The translations under genes were made by a program, and so were the position numbers. Below the pieces are notes generated by a model. It was not told where the DNA came from, did not search any database, and saw nothing but the letters and a program-made list of their open reading frames with translations. 64,000 nucleotides of DNA, taken from the NCBI GenBank assembly GCA_965222155.1, contig CBDCTH010000012.1, positions 2,240,001 to 2,304,000 on the forward strand, in the 5' to 3' direction. Below, piece by piece: positions 19,689-30,420 of this stretch (the first letter of the stretch is position 1; the number at the start of each line of letters is the position of its first letter). The DNA comes from Gammaproteobacteria bacterium. Its GTDB lineage: Bacteria > Pseudomonadota > Gammaproteobacteria > Eutrophobiales > Eutrophobiaceae.

Positions 19689-20259
19689 TTACCTCCTCAT
19701 ACCGAAAACAATCGGTCGTATGATCATTGACCATACCAGTGGCCTGCATGTGCGCGTAGACGATAGTAGGCCCGACGAAGTTGAAACCGCGGCGTTTGAG
19801 GTCCCTGGAGATTATATTGGACAGGGGGGTTTCCGCCGGTATCTCGGAGCCCTGTTGCCAGGCGTTTTGAATGGGTCTGCCGTCGACGAAGTCCCAGATG
19901 TAATCATTGAAGGTGCCGAATTCCTCCCTGACCTTGATAAACGCCCGGGCGTTTCTGATTGCGGAACGGATCTTGAGTTTGTTCCTGATGATGGCTGGGT
20001 TTTCCAGCAGGGCGTTTACCTTGCCCTCGTCATATCCCGCCACCCTGGTGAAATCGAAATTATCAAACGCCAGCCGGTAGGCCGGGCGTTTTTTTAACAC
20101 CGTAATCCAGCTCAGTCCGGCCTGAGCGCCTTCCAGCACCAGGAATTCAAACAGCTTCCTGTCGTCATGCAGCGGAACGCCCCACTCCTCGTCGTGATAG
20201 CTCCGGTAGCTGACGTCATCCCCAAGGGACCACCTGCAACGGACAGGCTCGGACTTCAT
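19663..20259 (-). CDS. tag: DNA-3-methyladenine glycosylase I
   Basis: RC.W, YHDEEWG, LEGAQAGLSW, FVGPTIVYAHMQATGMVNDH. Confidence 0.95.
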   Translation of the reverse strand: MKSEPVRCRWSLGDDVSYRSYHDEEWGVPLHDDRKLFEFLVLEGAQAGLSWITVLKKRPAYRLAFDNFDFTRVAGYDEGKVNALLENPAIIRNKLKIRSAIRNARAFIKVREEFGTFNDYIWDFVDGRPIQNAWQQGSEIPAETPLSNIISRDLKRRGFNFVGPTIVYAHMQATGMVNDHTTDCFRYEEVKINGVRLD

Positions 20260-20467
20260 GGCTTTTCCTTGATGATTACGCTGACCGATCCATAAGTCGA
20301 TACACAGTAAGGAACACAATACATCAACAGCATCTTGAAATAGTCAATCATTGACAGGTTGCCGGCACGTATCCGATCAAAATCAGGATTGTCCCCACCA
20401 GCGCACAGACCTTCAATGAATTGATGACAATATCCTCGCGCAGGGCGACCGCTATCCAGCGTTGCAT
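20256..20467 (-). pseudogene. Small membrane protein, NrtS-like, frameshifted
   Basis: SLKVCALVGTILILI in one frame and KMLLMYCVPYCVSTYG in another; 212-nt span is not a multiple of 3. Confidence 0.65.
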
Positions 20468-21660
20468 CACAATGGTCCCGACCCTTTTATGCGCAAGTAT
20501 TTCCTGCTCAGCTGTTTCACGGAAGGACAACCGATCAGCATTAAATTCCGTTTGATTTCGGCGCTCAGCAACTGCAAGGCTTGGTCGACGCCCGCCTCTC
20601 CCCCGGCTCCCAGGCCGAATAAATAAGCCCGTCCGATCATCACCGCCTTGGCACCCAGACTGAGGGCCTTGATCACGTCGGTGCCGCGCCGGATACCGCC
20701 ATCCAGGATGATTTCCACCCGGTCGCCCAACGCATCGGCAATCTCGGGTAAGACGCTGATAGGAGAAGCCGCATGGTCGAGTTGCCGGCCACCGTGATTA
20801 GACAGGATCAGTGCACTGACGCCCGTCTCGACAGCCCGCCGGGCATCGTCAAGGCTCAGAATCCCTTTAATTGCAAAGGGGCCGCCCCACTCCTGGATCA
20901 TCCAGGCCATATCGTTCCAGGTCAGCGACGGATCAAACTGCGCGGTGGTATAGTCAATGACGGAGAACAGGTTCCCCACGGCAGAGGCATGCTCGCGCAC
21001 ATTTTCCAGCATCATGCGCGGGCTGGTCAAAAAGTCACAGAGCCAGTCGGGCCGCAGCATGGTGTCAAGTATATTGGATAGCCTGATCTGAGGCGGCACG
21101 GTAAACCCGTTCTTCAGGTCCCGTTCCCGTTGGCCTGCCATGGGCAGGTCCACCGTCAGGCATAAGGCCGTGTAACCGCTTGCCTTGGCCCGCCGGATAA
21201 AATCTTTCAATATTTCCCGATCGCGCCAGACGTAGAGTTGCAACATCTTCGGTCCTTTGCTGACCGAGGCGACGTCTTCAATGGAGGTGGTCGCCACTGA
21301 AGACAGGGAATACATTGTCCGGGCCTTGTGCGCGGCCCGGGCCACCGCCCTCTCTCCGGTATGATGGAACAGCCTGGACATGCCCGTTGGCGCCAATATA
21401 AAAGGAACACCGATGTTGGCGCCTAATACGCTGGTGGACATATCCACGTTCTTGACGTCCACCAGGAAGCGTGGAAGCAGCTCGTAACGGCCGAAGTCCG
21501 CCTGATTGTAGTAACGGGTGACTTCGTCTTCCGCAGCGCCATCCATATAATCGAAGACCGCTTTCGGCAAGCGGCGCTTTGCCGCACGGCGCAGGTCGGC
21601 TATTGAATGGCAGCCGGACAGGATTTTGTTGTTAAGGTAGTCGAACATGGGTGATGACAA
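20467..21660 (-). CDS. FMN-dependent alpha-hydroxy-acid oxidase/dehydrogenase (LldD-like)
   Basis: FDYMDGAA, LTVD, SNHGGRQLD, DGGIRRGTD. Confidence 0.92.
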   Translation of the reverse strand: MSSPMFDYLNNKILSGCHSIADLRRAAKRRLPKAVFDYMDGAAEDEVTRYYNQADFGRYELLPRFLVDVKNVDMSTSVLGANIGVPFILAPTGMSRLFHHTGERAVARAAHKARTMYSLSSVATTSIEDVASVSKGPKMLQLYVWRDREILKDFIRRAKASGYTALCLTVDLPMAGQRERDLKNGFTVPPQIRLSNILDTMLRPDWLCDFLTSPRMMLENVREHASAVGNLFSVIDYTTAQFDPSLTWNDMAWMIQEWGGPFAIKGILSLDDARRAVETGVSALILSNHGGRQLDHAASPISVLPEIADALGDRVEIILDGGIRRGTDVIKALSLGAKAVMIGRAYLFGLGAGGEAGVDQALQLLSAEIKRNLMLIGCPSVKQLSRKYLRIKGSGPL

Positions 21661-21703
21661 AGCCCTGCAGCGCCCCTGGCTGCGCCGGTTATGCCCGCAT
21701 CAG

Positions 21704-22786
21704 TTACACAATTACCGGTATCGGCATTCCCTGGCGCAACAGTACTTTTCTAAGTTGCAGGATGACCGGGAATATCTCCTGGTTCCAGTCGCTTCCCTGC
21801 TGATCGAATGCCGCCTGTTCCAGCTCTACTATCCACCTGTCTTCCGCAAATATCCCTTCGGTAAACCAGATCACAAACGGCCACAAAAATTCCATCAGCC
21901 CCGATGTGGAAGGCTTGCGAATATTCATAAGACCGAAAGTATGGTTGCTGCGCTGCTGCTTATCCAGAGGCACGTAAGTGATCCACAAATCCAGGGCCGG
22001 GTGCTCGCTGCCGGCTGTCCAGAATTTCAGTCGTTGATGGGGATACTGGGTCCTGACAGTCATCAGGTCACGGGGGCGCTCCGCCGTCGGCGCATCCCGC
22101 TTACCCAGTATAACTTTCTCACCTATGGGCTGTTTGCCCGCGCGGGAGAAGGTATAATCCACTTCCACCCAGTCATCGCCCTGGCGCAAATCCAGGAATC
22201 CGGTACGTATCCTGGACATGAGACGGCGGTGCAGGAACTGGTGATTCATATCCATCAGGTTTTCATGCAGGAAGGAATAATGGCAGCCCACTTGCCGGTC
22301 CAGGTAACGGGTCTTGTATTTCGGGTCATGCCAACTGGGCACGTCGGGAAACCCGGCATCCGTTGCCTTGTCGGCAGCGCCCGGAAAAACAAATATGAGG
22401 CCGTATTCTTCGCGGCACGGATAAGCGCGCACCCCCTTGGGCATAAGTTCACTTTTACCGACATAGGGTATATTCACGCACTCACCGGTGTCATCATAGG
22501 TCCAGCCATGGTAACAGCATTGCACCTGTTCCCCGCACACGCTGCCTCGCGACAGCGGCACCTGGCGGTGGGCGCAGCGGTCTTCCAGCGCAAACACCCT
22601 GCCGGAATCTGTCCTTATGATGGCAATGGGATCACCGGCAAACGCCCTGGCGATAGTCTTACCGGGTTTGACGTCCTTGCTGCGCGCCAAAGGATACCAG
22701 TAATCGGGATGGGCGCCGGTCCTGCGCAAGTCACCTGCGCCGGCTTCCGCTGCCGTGGACGCTACCTTGATATTAGTTACGGACAT
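21704..22786 (-). CDS. Rieske non-heme iron oxygenase (VanA-like)
   Basis: DRCAHR...CCYHGW Rieske motif, ENLMDMNHQFLH mononuclear iron site. Confidence 0.9.
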   Translation of the reverse strand: MSVTNIKVASTAAEAGAGDLRRTGAHPDYWYPLARSKDVKPGKTIARAFAGDPIAIIRTDSGRVFALEDRCAHRQVPLSRGSVCGEQVQCCYHGWTYDDTGECVNIPYVGKSELMPKGVRAYPCREEYGLIFVFPGAADKATDAGFPDVPSWHDPKYKTRYLDRQVGCHYSFLHENLMDMNHQFLHRRLMSRIRTGFLDLRQGDDWVEVDYTFSRAGKQPIGEKVILGKRDAPTAERPRDLMTVRTQYPHQRLKFWTAGSEHPALDLWITYVPLDKQQRSNHTFGLMNIRKPSTSGLMEFLWPFVIWFTEGIFAEDRWIVELEQAAFDQQGSDWNQEIFPVILQLRKVLLRQGMPIPVIV

Positions 22787-22813
22787 GTATGGTTTCGAAG
22801 ATATTCAGCGTGT

Positions 22814-23719
22814 TTATTGTTTAAGATCGCTATAAAGAATCCGCAGAAACTGCTCCGGATTGATGAACCCGCTGCCCAGGGCTGCGTCATAATCCGCATT
22901 GGGCTTCAGTTCAATAATCTCATCCAGTGACTTTCCTTCGGCAATGAGTTTGTTCATCCTGTCCCGTACCGTCTCCAGCATTTCCAGGTAGCCCTGCATT
23001 CCCTGTTTATCGCTGAGCGGGCCATGTCCCGGGATGATCCGGGTGTTGTCATCAGCTAACGCAAGCAACGTCTTGATGCTGCTGATGAGGCCATCGACAG
23101 ATCCTGCGCTTGAGACGTCAATAAACGGGTAGAATCCGTTAAAAAAGATATCTCCGGTGTGGATTACGTCGGCATTCCTGAAATGAATTACACTGTCACC
23201 GTCGGTATGGGAATTCCGGTAATGTACGACGCTTATCTCTTCGCCATTCAGGCGAAAAGTGACATTATCGTTAAACGTAATCACCGGCAGCGCGGCTTTG
23301 GGGGACGCCGGCACGACCGTATTGGAGGCAACGATTTCCGTATCCCCGGACATGCGCTGGTAGACGTTATCGTGCGCCACGATCAACACCCCCTGGTTGC
23401 CCAGGTTCTCGTTACCGCCGGTGTGGTCATAATGCCAGTGGGTATTGACCAGGAACCTGATCGGCTGGTCTGATAAAACTGCAACGGCAGCCGTGATCCT
23501 CTCAGTCAGGGGAGCAAACTGATCATCGATCATGAATACGCCGTCCGCGCCTGCAGAAACGCCGATATTGCCTCCTTCACCCACCAGCATGTAGATACCC
23601 GATGCAACCTGATGGGTTTTTATTTCCACCCCGGCAAACCTGTCTTCCTGAGCCTGCGCACCTGATAAAACCAGGATGCTGAGGAAAACCAGGAAATAGC
23701 GATGAAATCTGTAATTCAT
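22814..23719 (-). CDS. Secreted MBL-fold metallo-hydrolase (cyclase-like)
   Basis: Signal peptide, THWHYDHTGG, HTDGD, IPGHG. Confidence 0.9.
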   Translation of the reverse strand: MNYRFHRYFLVFLSILVLSGAQAQEDRFAGVEIKTHQVASGIYMLVGEGGNIGVSAGADGVFMIDDQFAPLTERITAAVAVLSDQPIRFLVNTHWHYDHTGGNENLGNQGVLIVAHDNVYQRMSGDTEIVASNTVVPASPKAALPVITFNDNVTFRLNGEEISVVHYRNSHTDGDSVIHFRNADVIHTGDIFFNGFYPFIDVSSAGSVDGLISSIKTLLALADDNTRIIPGHGPLSDKQGMQGYLEMLETVRDRMNKLIAEGKSLDEIIELKPNADYDAALGSGFINPEQFLRILYSDLKQ

Positions 23720-23837
23720 TTTTGGCCTCAGGATCTAAAACGTGCAGTATAACGCATCCTTGATAATATCGAAAACAATAAACCGCCCAATGTGTTATAG
23801 TTGTCTCCCATCTTGATCTGATATATCGTTTAGGCCG

Positions 23838-25379
23838 ATGAGTGAAGATATACTCATTAATGTCACTCCCCATGAGATCCGCGTTGCGGTGGTCGAAAAC
23901 GGGGTGCTGCAGGACGTTCATATTGAAAGGACCCGCAAACGCGGCCTGGTGGGAAACATAATAAAAGGGCGCGTGTACCGGGTGTTGCCAGGCATGCAGT
24001 CGGCCTTTGTCGACATCGGCCTGGAACGCACTGGTTTTTTACATGTCTCAGACCTGGTTGAGACCGTCGAGGACCTGGAAGTGGAGTCCGTTGCCGGCGC
24101 ACTTGCAGTAAATTCCATTGACACCTTATTGACCGAAGGTCAGGAATTGCTGGTGCAGGTCGTGAAAGACCCGATCGGCGCCAAAGGCGCCCGCCTCACC
24201 ACCCGTATTTCCATCCCGTCCCGCTACCTGGTGTTTATTCCGAACCATGCTATTGCCGGCGTCTCGCAGCGGATAGAGGATGAAGTGGAGCGGGAGCGTT
24301 TACGCGGGGCAATCACCCATTACCAGTCCGACGTCCAATCCGTGGCGCTGGGCGCGGGCGGCGGCACTGCCGTGTTACATACCATGAAGCCGGAAGTCGC
24401 CAAGGGCGGTTTCATAATAAGAACGGCTGCGGAGGGCGCTGACGAGGAAAAACTGCACAGGGATATGGACTTTCTGCTCAAGCTGTGGGGTTCGATATCC
24501 ATCCGCGCAAAAAATACGTTCGCACCCGCTTTGATCCATGAGGACTTGCCCCTGGTGATACGCACCATGCGCGATTTAATTCATGGCGAGGTAGAAAAAA
24601 TACGCATTGATTCCAAGGAAACTTATAAGCGGGTGATGGAGTTCAGCAAACATTTCATCCCTGATTTCCTGGGCAGGATCGAATACTACTCCGGTGAACG
24701 ACCCATACTGGATCTGTATTCCATAGAGGATGAAATGCAAAAATCCCTGGACCGCAAGGTGCAGTTGAAATCCGGCGGCCACCTTGTCATCGACCAGACC
24801 GAGGCGATGACGACCATAGACGTCAATACCGGCGCCTTCGTGGGCCACCGGAACCTGGAAGAAACCATTTACAAGACCAACCAGGAAGCTGCCCACGCCA
24901 TAGCCAAACAACTGCGCCTGCGCAACCTGGGCGGTATCATCATCATAGATTTTATCGACATGCAGGAGCAGGAGCACGCCCGCCAGGTACTCCGTACACT
25001 GGAAAAACGCGTCGAGAAAGATCATTCCAAAGTCACCATCAGTGAATTCACGTCGCTTGGCCTGGTGCAGCTCACGCGCAAGCGCACCCGGGAAAGTCTT
25101 GAACAAATCCTGTGCGAACCTTGTCCAACCTGTAACGGCAGGGGCACCATGAAGACGCCGGAAACCGTCTGCTACGAAATATTCCGGGAAATCCTGCGCG
25201 AAGTCCGGCAGTTTGACGGCAATAAGCTGCTGGTAATAGCAGCGCAGACCATCGTCGATATGCTGATAGACGAAGAGTCTGCCAGCGTGGCGGAATTGGA
25301 GGAATTTATCGGCAGGCCGATTACCTTTCAGGTTGAACCACTGTATATCAGAGAACAGTATGACATTGTGTTGCTTTAG
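23838..25379 (+). CDS. rng: Ribonuclease G
   Basis: MSEDILIN, S1 domain, IDVNTG, LRLRNLGGIIIIDFIDM. Confidence 0.96.
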   Translation: MSEDILINVTPHEIRVAVVENGVLQDVHIERTRKRGLVGNIIKGRVYRVLPGMQSAFVDIGLERTGFLHVSDLVETVEDLEVESVAGALAVNSIDTLLTEGQELLVQVVKDPIGAKGARLTTRISIPSRYLVFIPNHAIAGVSQRIEDEVERERLRGAITHYQSDVQSVALGAGGGTAVLHTMKPEVAKGGFIIRTAAEGADEEKLHRDMDFLLKLWGSISIRAKNTFAPALIHEDLPLVIRTMRDLIHGEVEKIRIDSKETYKRVMEFSKHFIPDFLGRIEYYSGERPILDLYSIEDEMQKSLDRKVQLKSGGHLVIDQTEAMTTIDVNTGAFVGHRNLEETIYKTNQEAAHAIAKQLRLRNLGGIIIIDFIDMQEQEHARQVLRTLEKRVEKDHSKVTISEFTSLGLVQLTRKRTRESLEQILCEPCPTCNGRGTMKTPETVCYEIFREILREVRQFDGNKLLVIAAQTIVDMLIDEESASVAELEEFIGRPITFQVEPLYIREQYDIVLL

Positions 25380-25390
25380 CCGGCCGGCCC

Positions 25391-28300
25391 ATGTCCCGTA
25401 GAATCAACGAGAGACTATATCACGCTACCCTCTATCTCGTCGGCGCGGTTGTCCTGTTAACGGCAATAGCGATTACCGGAGTACGCCTGGCCCTGCCGGA
25501 TATCGGCCGCTATAAAGATATCATCGAAACCTGGACCGGTCAGTACCTGGAACAAACCGTCAAGGTCGATTCGATCAGCGCCGAGTGGCAAGGGTGGATT
25601 CCCAGCCTGTCGCTCACGGGGGTTGAGTTGCGCAGCCAGGACGGCGCGAAAAAAATCAGCAGTTTTGATGCTGTAAAACTGGAAATATCTCCCCTTGTTT
25701 CGTTCTGGAAACGCCGGCCGATACCCAGACGCATCGTGATTTCAGGCTTACGCGTGTCGGTCTCGCGCCTGTCCGACGGGGCGCTGCTCGTCGAGGAAAT
25801 CAATATCGGCCACACGGACAGCGATCAGGAAAATGAGTTCGTCAAATGGTTGTTCGGACAAGACCGGATAGAGGTCCAGGACACCAGCGTCACCTGGATT
25901 GATCATAAACACCGGCAAGCCCCCATCCATTTCACTGATGTCAGCCTGGCTATCCGCACCAACGGCGTCAGGTCCCAGCTGACGGGAGAGCTGGATCTCC
26001 CGGACAAATACGGCGAGAAGATGAGTTTTGCCCTTGATGCAACCGGCGAACTCTGGACTTCCGGCTGGTCCGGGGAAATGTACGCAACGGCCACTCAGGT
26101 TAACCCGGACAGCTGGTACCGGGAATTTCGCCCTCAACAGATATCACCCGCCGGAGGCAGCGCAGACCTGGAGCTCTGGAGCAGCTGGGAAGATGCAAAA
26201 CCTGTCGGCTTACAGGGACGCCTGGCATACCGTGATTTCGTTGTATTATCCGCCGGCGAGGCCCTTAACGTTGCAGAAATGGCGGGGCGGTTCAAGGGCG
26301 GGAAACTGCCGGATGCGGATTGGCATTTTGCCCTGAAACTGGACCGCTTGGTAACTGAAAACGGCAGTTGGCCGGTTTCAAACCTGGAATTTGTCATCCC
26401 GGCGCAAACAGGACAACGCCATGCACTGAGCTTCGATTACCTGAATCTTGCCGACCTCATGCCGCTTGCGGCAGGCCTGGAAGCCATTCCCGACCCAATC
26501 AGGCGCTTGCTGGATACGACATCAATACGGGGTAAATTGATGGACGGCCTGATTGTCCATGACAAGCGTACCGACCCTGCAGAAGCGCTTGCTTACGATT
26601 TCGTTTTCAGTAACCTGGATGCCGGTCTGGGCCCGCAGCAGCCGGCAGTCAGCAAATTGTCAGGCAGGTTACGCGGATCGGATAACCGGGCAAGCGTTAC
26701 CATGAGCGGGAGCGCCGGCCAGTTAAGCATACCGGCCCTGTACAGCAACCAACTCCGCTTCAAGCGCATCGACGGGGCGCTTTCCTGGTCGCGAACGGTA
26801 GCTGGCTGGGCACTGCATACTGACCGCTTTTTCATGGAAAACAGTGACTTGTCCCTGACAATCAAAGGCGACCTCGAACAGGGCGAGGCGCGTCCGTTAC
26901 CGTATTTAAACCTTATTACGGAACTGCGCAGCAAGCGACTGGAAAACATGCACAGCTACATGCCGTACACGCCTAAATTCCGAATCAGGGAGTGGATGGA
27001 GAGATCCCTTCACGCGGGGTATGTCGATTCGGCCATCGCCGTCATACGCGGCTATCCGGATGAGTTCCCGTTCAGGAATAACAACGGGCAGATGCGCGCT
27101 GTGGTAAACCTGTCCCACAGCATTGTCGAATACTCCGACAAATGGCCAATCGTGGATAATGTCGAGGCCGGGATCCTGTTTGATAACGAAGAAATGACAG
27201 CAAATGTCCGCCGCGGCAACGTATTCGGTGCTGAAGTCACCAGTGCGACCGGCATTATCCATGACCTGACCAAACGGCCCAAGGTGGTAGTCCTTGAGGG
27301 AAATGTCAGGGGCGCGGAAAAAGAACTGGAATTATTTATTTCGCAAAGCCCGCTGGCGCAGGACAGGATAATCGAATATGCCAACCAGTCTCTTGTGGCA
27401 GGCACGTTTGACATGGACTTGAACATGCGCATCCCGATAAAGGCGCTACAACTGCAATCCGTCATCGAAGGAACACTCAAACTCGAGGATGCAAAGCTGG
27501 TCTCCGATGCCGGCAACGTGGAGCTTGAACAGGTCAACGGCGCGCTCAGCTTTACCCGGGATTCTGTTTCCGGACACGGCCTGGACGCGCGCTTCGCGGG
27601 ACACCCGGTAACACTGAGCATGTCAGGGTCCAAAAACAGTCCCGATAAGCCACCTGCTTTCACCATAGCAGGGCATTCAGCCGATGAGTCCATGATCGAC
27701 CAAATCATTGAACGTTTTCCCGGCGCTACGCATTTCGCGGCCAGGCTGAGAGAACGCGTTTCCGGGTCGGCAGACTGGCAAGCCCGGTTCAGCTTTGGAC
27801 AGACTCCCGAGGGATTGACTCAGCATATTGATATTTCATCAGATTTATATGGGCTGGCGATAGACTTGCCGAAACCGCTGTGGAAGCCGACCTACTCCAG
27901 GAGAATGCTGAACGTCAGTAAAACGTTGTCGGGACCGACGCCGACTGAATTGACCTATGATCCCGGTGTCTACGCCAGGCTCCACCCCGCACCGGACAAC
28001 AGGCTCAAAGGGCTGGACATCTTTCTCGGAGACGGGTCGCACACCGGGCCGAGCGGCGCCGGAGTAAACCTGTTCGGCTACACGGAAATACTGCTGCTGG
28101 ATGAATGGCGCGAAGCCATCGCGTTCTTCGCTCCCGAACAGGTGGATGAAACCAGTTTCTTCAGCTCTGCAAATATCAATGTGGACCTTGAGACAGACCT
28201 CTTGAGAGTATTTAACCAATCGTTCAGGGATACCGGTCTGAGGGCGAACAAGAGTACACAGAGTTGGCGTGTGAATTTGCGCGGAGAGGACATATCAGGC

Positions 28301-29290
28301 GAAATTATCTTTCCCAAATACCCTGCCCATGAAAACAGGCTAAAACTTGACCTGGAGAAACTGGTTGTAAGCAAGGCTCATGATGACAGCGTCACCGATA
28401 ATGTGGACCCGAAACTCCTGCCCCCTCTCGAGGCAGAGGTGGCCGAACTTGTATACGGGGACTATCAACTCGGCAGGATGCGGCTTGTCGCATCACCCGT
28501 TCATAACGGACTGTCCTTTGATGAGATTAAATTCACTAAACCAGGACTGAATATAGAAGGCTCAGGGGTTTGGGAGAAATCCGGCGGTATCGACAAATCG
28601 AGCTTCGACATCACATTGCAGGCTAAGACATTCGCCGCTATGCTGGAGACGTTCGGCTACGATATCACCGCCATAAAAAAAGGGAAGACAGACATCGCCA
28701 TCAATGCCGGCTGGTATGGTCCGCCTTATGATTTTTCGCTGGATAAACTGGGCGGCACGTTTGCTATCCATATGAAGAAAGGCCGAGTCCTCGATGTAGA
28801 CCCGGCCGCGGGGAGGTTATTCGGTTTATTGAGTATCCAGACCCTCCCCAGGCGCTTGTCACTGGACTTCAGTGATTTATTCGGCAAAGGTCTGGCATTT
28901 GATAAAATCACCGGGAATTTCAATATCACCAGCGGACATGCCTATACCAACAACCTGCATCTGGTTGGACCCGGCGCCGATGTTGCGGTGAGCGGCAGAA
29001 CCGGACTGGCTGATCGGGATTATGACCAGATTGTCACCGTAACCCCCCAGTTCGCTGATAACCTGCCGGTTGCCAGCGCCCTGTTAGGCCCGGTCGGCAT
29101 CGGAGTCGGCGCAGTGCTCTACCTGGCCGGCAACATGTTCGAGTCGATCAACGACAATATCAACAAAATGCTCATCCATCAATACACAATCAAAGGCAAT
29201 TGGTACAATCCGAAAATAGAGAAGATTGGAAACCTCCCGGCCGCTAAGCAGGCGGGCATTCCCACCGTTCCGCAACCTGTCTCTCCTTAA
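25391..29290 (+). CDS. yhdP: YhdP / TIGR02099 AsmA-like lipid transport protein
   Basis: 1299 aa, follows rng, C-terminal GRLFGLLS..LPRRLSLDFSDLF. Confidence 0.9.
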   Translation: MSRRINERLYHATLYLVGAVVLLTAIAITGVRLALPDIGRYKDIIETWTGQYLEQTVKVDSISAEWQGWIPSLSLTGVELRSQDGAKKISSFDAVKLEISPLVSFWKRRPIPRRIVISGLRVSVSRLSDGALLVEEINIGHTDSDQENEFVKWLFGQDRIEVQDTSVTWIDHKHRQAPIHFTDVSLAIRTNGVRSQLTGELDLPDKYGEKMSFALDATGELWTSGWSGEMYATATQVNPDSWYREFRPQQISPAGGSADLELWSSWEDAKPVGLQGRLAYRDFVVLSAGEALNVAEMAGRFKGGKLPDADWHFALKLDRLVTENGSWPVSNLEFVIPAQTGQRHALSFDYLNLADLMPLAAGLEAIPDPIRRLLDTTSIRGKLMDGLIVHDKRTDPAEALAYDFVFSNLDAGLGPQQPAVSKLSGRLRGSDNRASVTMSGSAGQLSIPALYSNQLRFKRIDGALSWSRTVAGWALHTDRFFMENSDLSLTIKGDLEQGEARPLPYLNLITELRSKRLENMHSYMPYTPKFRIREWMERSLHAGYVDSAIAVIRGYPDEFPFRNNNGQMRAVVNLSHSIVEYSDKWPIVDNVEAGILFDNEEMTANVRRGNVFGAEVTSATGIIHDLTKRPKVVVLEGNVRGAEKELELFISQSPLAQDRIIEYANQSLVAGTFDMDLNMRIPIKALQLQSVIEGTLKLEDAKLVSDAGNVELEQVNGALSFTRDSVSGHGLDARFAGHPVTLSMSGSKNSPDKPPAFTIAGHSADESMIDQIIERFPGATHFAARLRERVSGSADWQARFSFGQTPEGLTQHIDISSDLYGLAIDLPKPLWKPTYSRRMLNVSKTLSGPTPTELTYDPGVYARLHPAPDNRLKGLDIFLGDGSHTGPSGAGVNLFGYTEILLLDEWREAIAFFAPEQVDETSFFSSANINVDLETDLLRVFNQSFRDTGLRANKSTQSWRVNLRGEDISGEIIFPKYPAHENRLKLDLEKLVVSKAHDDSVTDNVDPKLLPPLEAEVAELVYGDYQLGRMRLVASPVHNGLSFDEIKFTKPGLNIEGSGVWEKSGGIDKSSFDITLQAKTFAAMLETFGYDITAIKKGKTDIAINAGWYGPPYDFSLDKLGGTFAIHMKKGRVLDVDPAAGRLFGLLSIQTLPRRLSLDFSDLFGKGLAFDKITGNFNITSGHAYTNNLHLVGPGADVAVSGRTGLADRDYDQIVTVTPQFADNLPVASALLGPVGIGVGAVLYLAGNMFESINDNINKMLIHQYTIKGNWYNPKIEKIGNLPAAKQAGIPTVPQPVSP

Positions 29291-29329
29291 AGGACAGCAT
29301 TTGAATACTGACACAGGTAGCCGGAGTTG

Positions 29330-29962
29330 TCAGTAAAATACCCGGGGCTTAAAGTCTGCTTGATTGATGATGCTGGCACTGCTGCCGGTGGCCCGTATCA
29401 CATACAGACCCTGCCGCTCCGCATAGACTGCCACAGTAGCATCCGCCTTCAGGAACGCCACCGCACCCAATACCTTCATCCCTTTGAACCCTGTCACCCA
29501 ACCCGTGAAGTTATCCAGCTTCTTCAAAAAATGCGTCACGTCTTTGGCCTGTAGCGTGGTCTTCACTTCCACCACCACCACCACTTCCTCACCATTAGCA
29601 GCCAGGATGTCATACTCATAATGTTCACCATTCCGCCGACCACTCACCCGGGGATACGTCGATTGCACCGCTATCCCCTGTTGGCGTAACAAGGATACCA
29701 GGTCGCCTTCCACCAGACTCTCCATCAACTTGCCCCACTGGCTGTTAAATAATGAATCCAACTTCTTCAGCCGCCGGTCGGTCTCCTTCATCTGTCGGTC
29801 GGTTTCCCTGAACAGTTTTTTGATCTCCTCCGTTTGTCGGTCGGCTTCTTTCTTTCCCTCTTCCATTCGTTGGTCGAACTCTTTTTGCTTCACCGATACA
29901 TCGCGCAAAATGTTCCAGATTTCCTCGGGGGTGGCAGATTCTCGATGTGGTCGGTTTTCCAT
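29330..29962 (-). CDS. Coiled-coil + PD-(D/E)XK-like protein (DUF3782-like)
   Basis: ETDRQMKETDRR coil, WGKLMESLV, EYDIL...VEVKT motif. Confidence 0.7.
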   Translation of the reverse strand: MENRPHRESATPEEIWNILRDVSVKQKEFDQRMEEGKKEADRQTEEIKKLFRETDRQMKETDRRLKKLDSLFNSQWGKLMESLVEGDLVSLLRQQGIAVQSTYPRVSGRRNGEHYEYDILAANGEEVVVVVEVKTTLQAKDVTHFLKKLDNFTGWVTGFKGMKVLGAVAFLKADATVAVYAERQGLYVIRATGSSASIINQADFKPRVFY

Positions 29963-30214
29963 GTTTATCTTCTCCCTTTCTCTCCTAAGTTCGCCAGAGA
30001 ATAACAAGAATACCGGAACATATCAAATTTAAAATCAGTTCAAAATCAGGCGGAGGACGTCAGGGGAGACCAAGCCAAATCAACATAACCGGGGATAGAA
30101 CTGGAGGGCCGCGTATTCCCTGAGGGTCGGGTCACGGTGAAAAAAACGAACCCGACTCGGCAATACAACCAACTGATAAAGTTAGCGGGAACGGCCGGGG
30201 TTTGATATTGATAT

Positions 30215-30420
30215 AGTGTTTTCCAATTCTAAAATGAGCCTGAAGAGAGAAATTCTGACTCGACATCAAGCCTGTTTCTGCTCCTGTTCATAAATGGTAG
30301 TAACGAGTTTACGGCGCGCCTGTTGCAAGGCATCGGCGGCCGCGTTGTCGCTGGTCCGGTAAGCAGTCTTATCCAGTATCGCAAAGCTTACGCCCGGTTT
30401 CAAACACTCTAGCTGCTTGC
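30215..30420 (-). mobile_element. Degenerate transposase 3' end plus IS terminus (ISNCY/integrase-like)
   Basis: Frameshifted LKPGVSFAILDKTAYRTSDNAAA / LQQARRKL; the terminal motif TTTTCCAAT...AAATGAGCCTGAAG also occurs at ~18280-18305. Confidence 0.55.

Noticed and set aside
21647-22930. 427-aa plus-strand ORF
   Set aside because: Antisense to the Rieske oxygenase; no motifs
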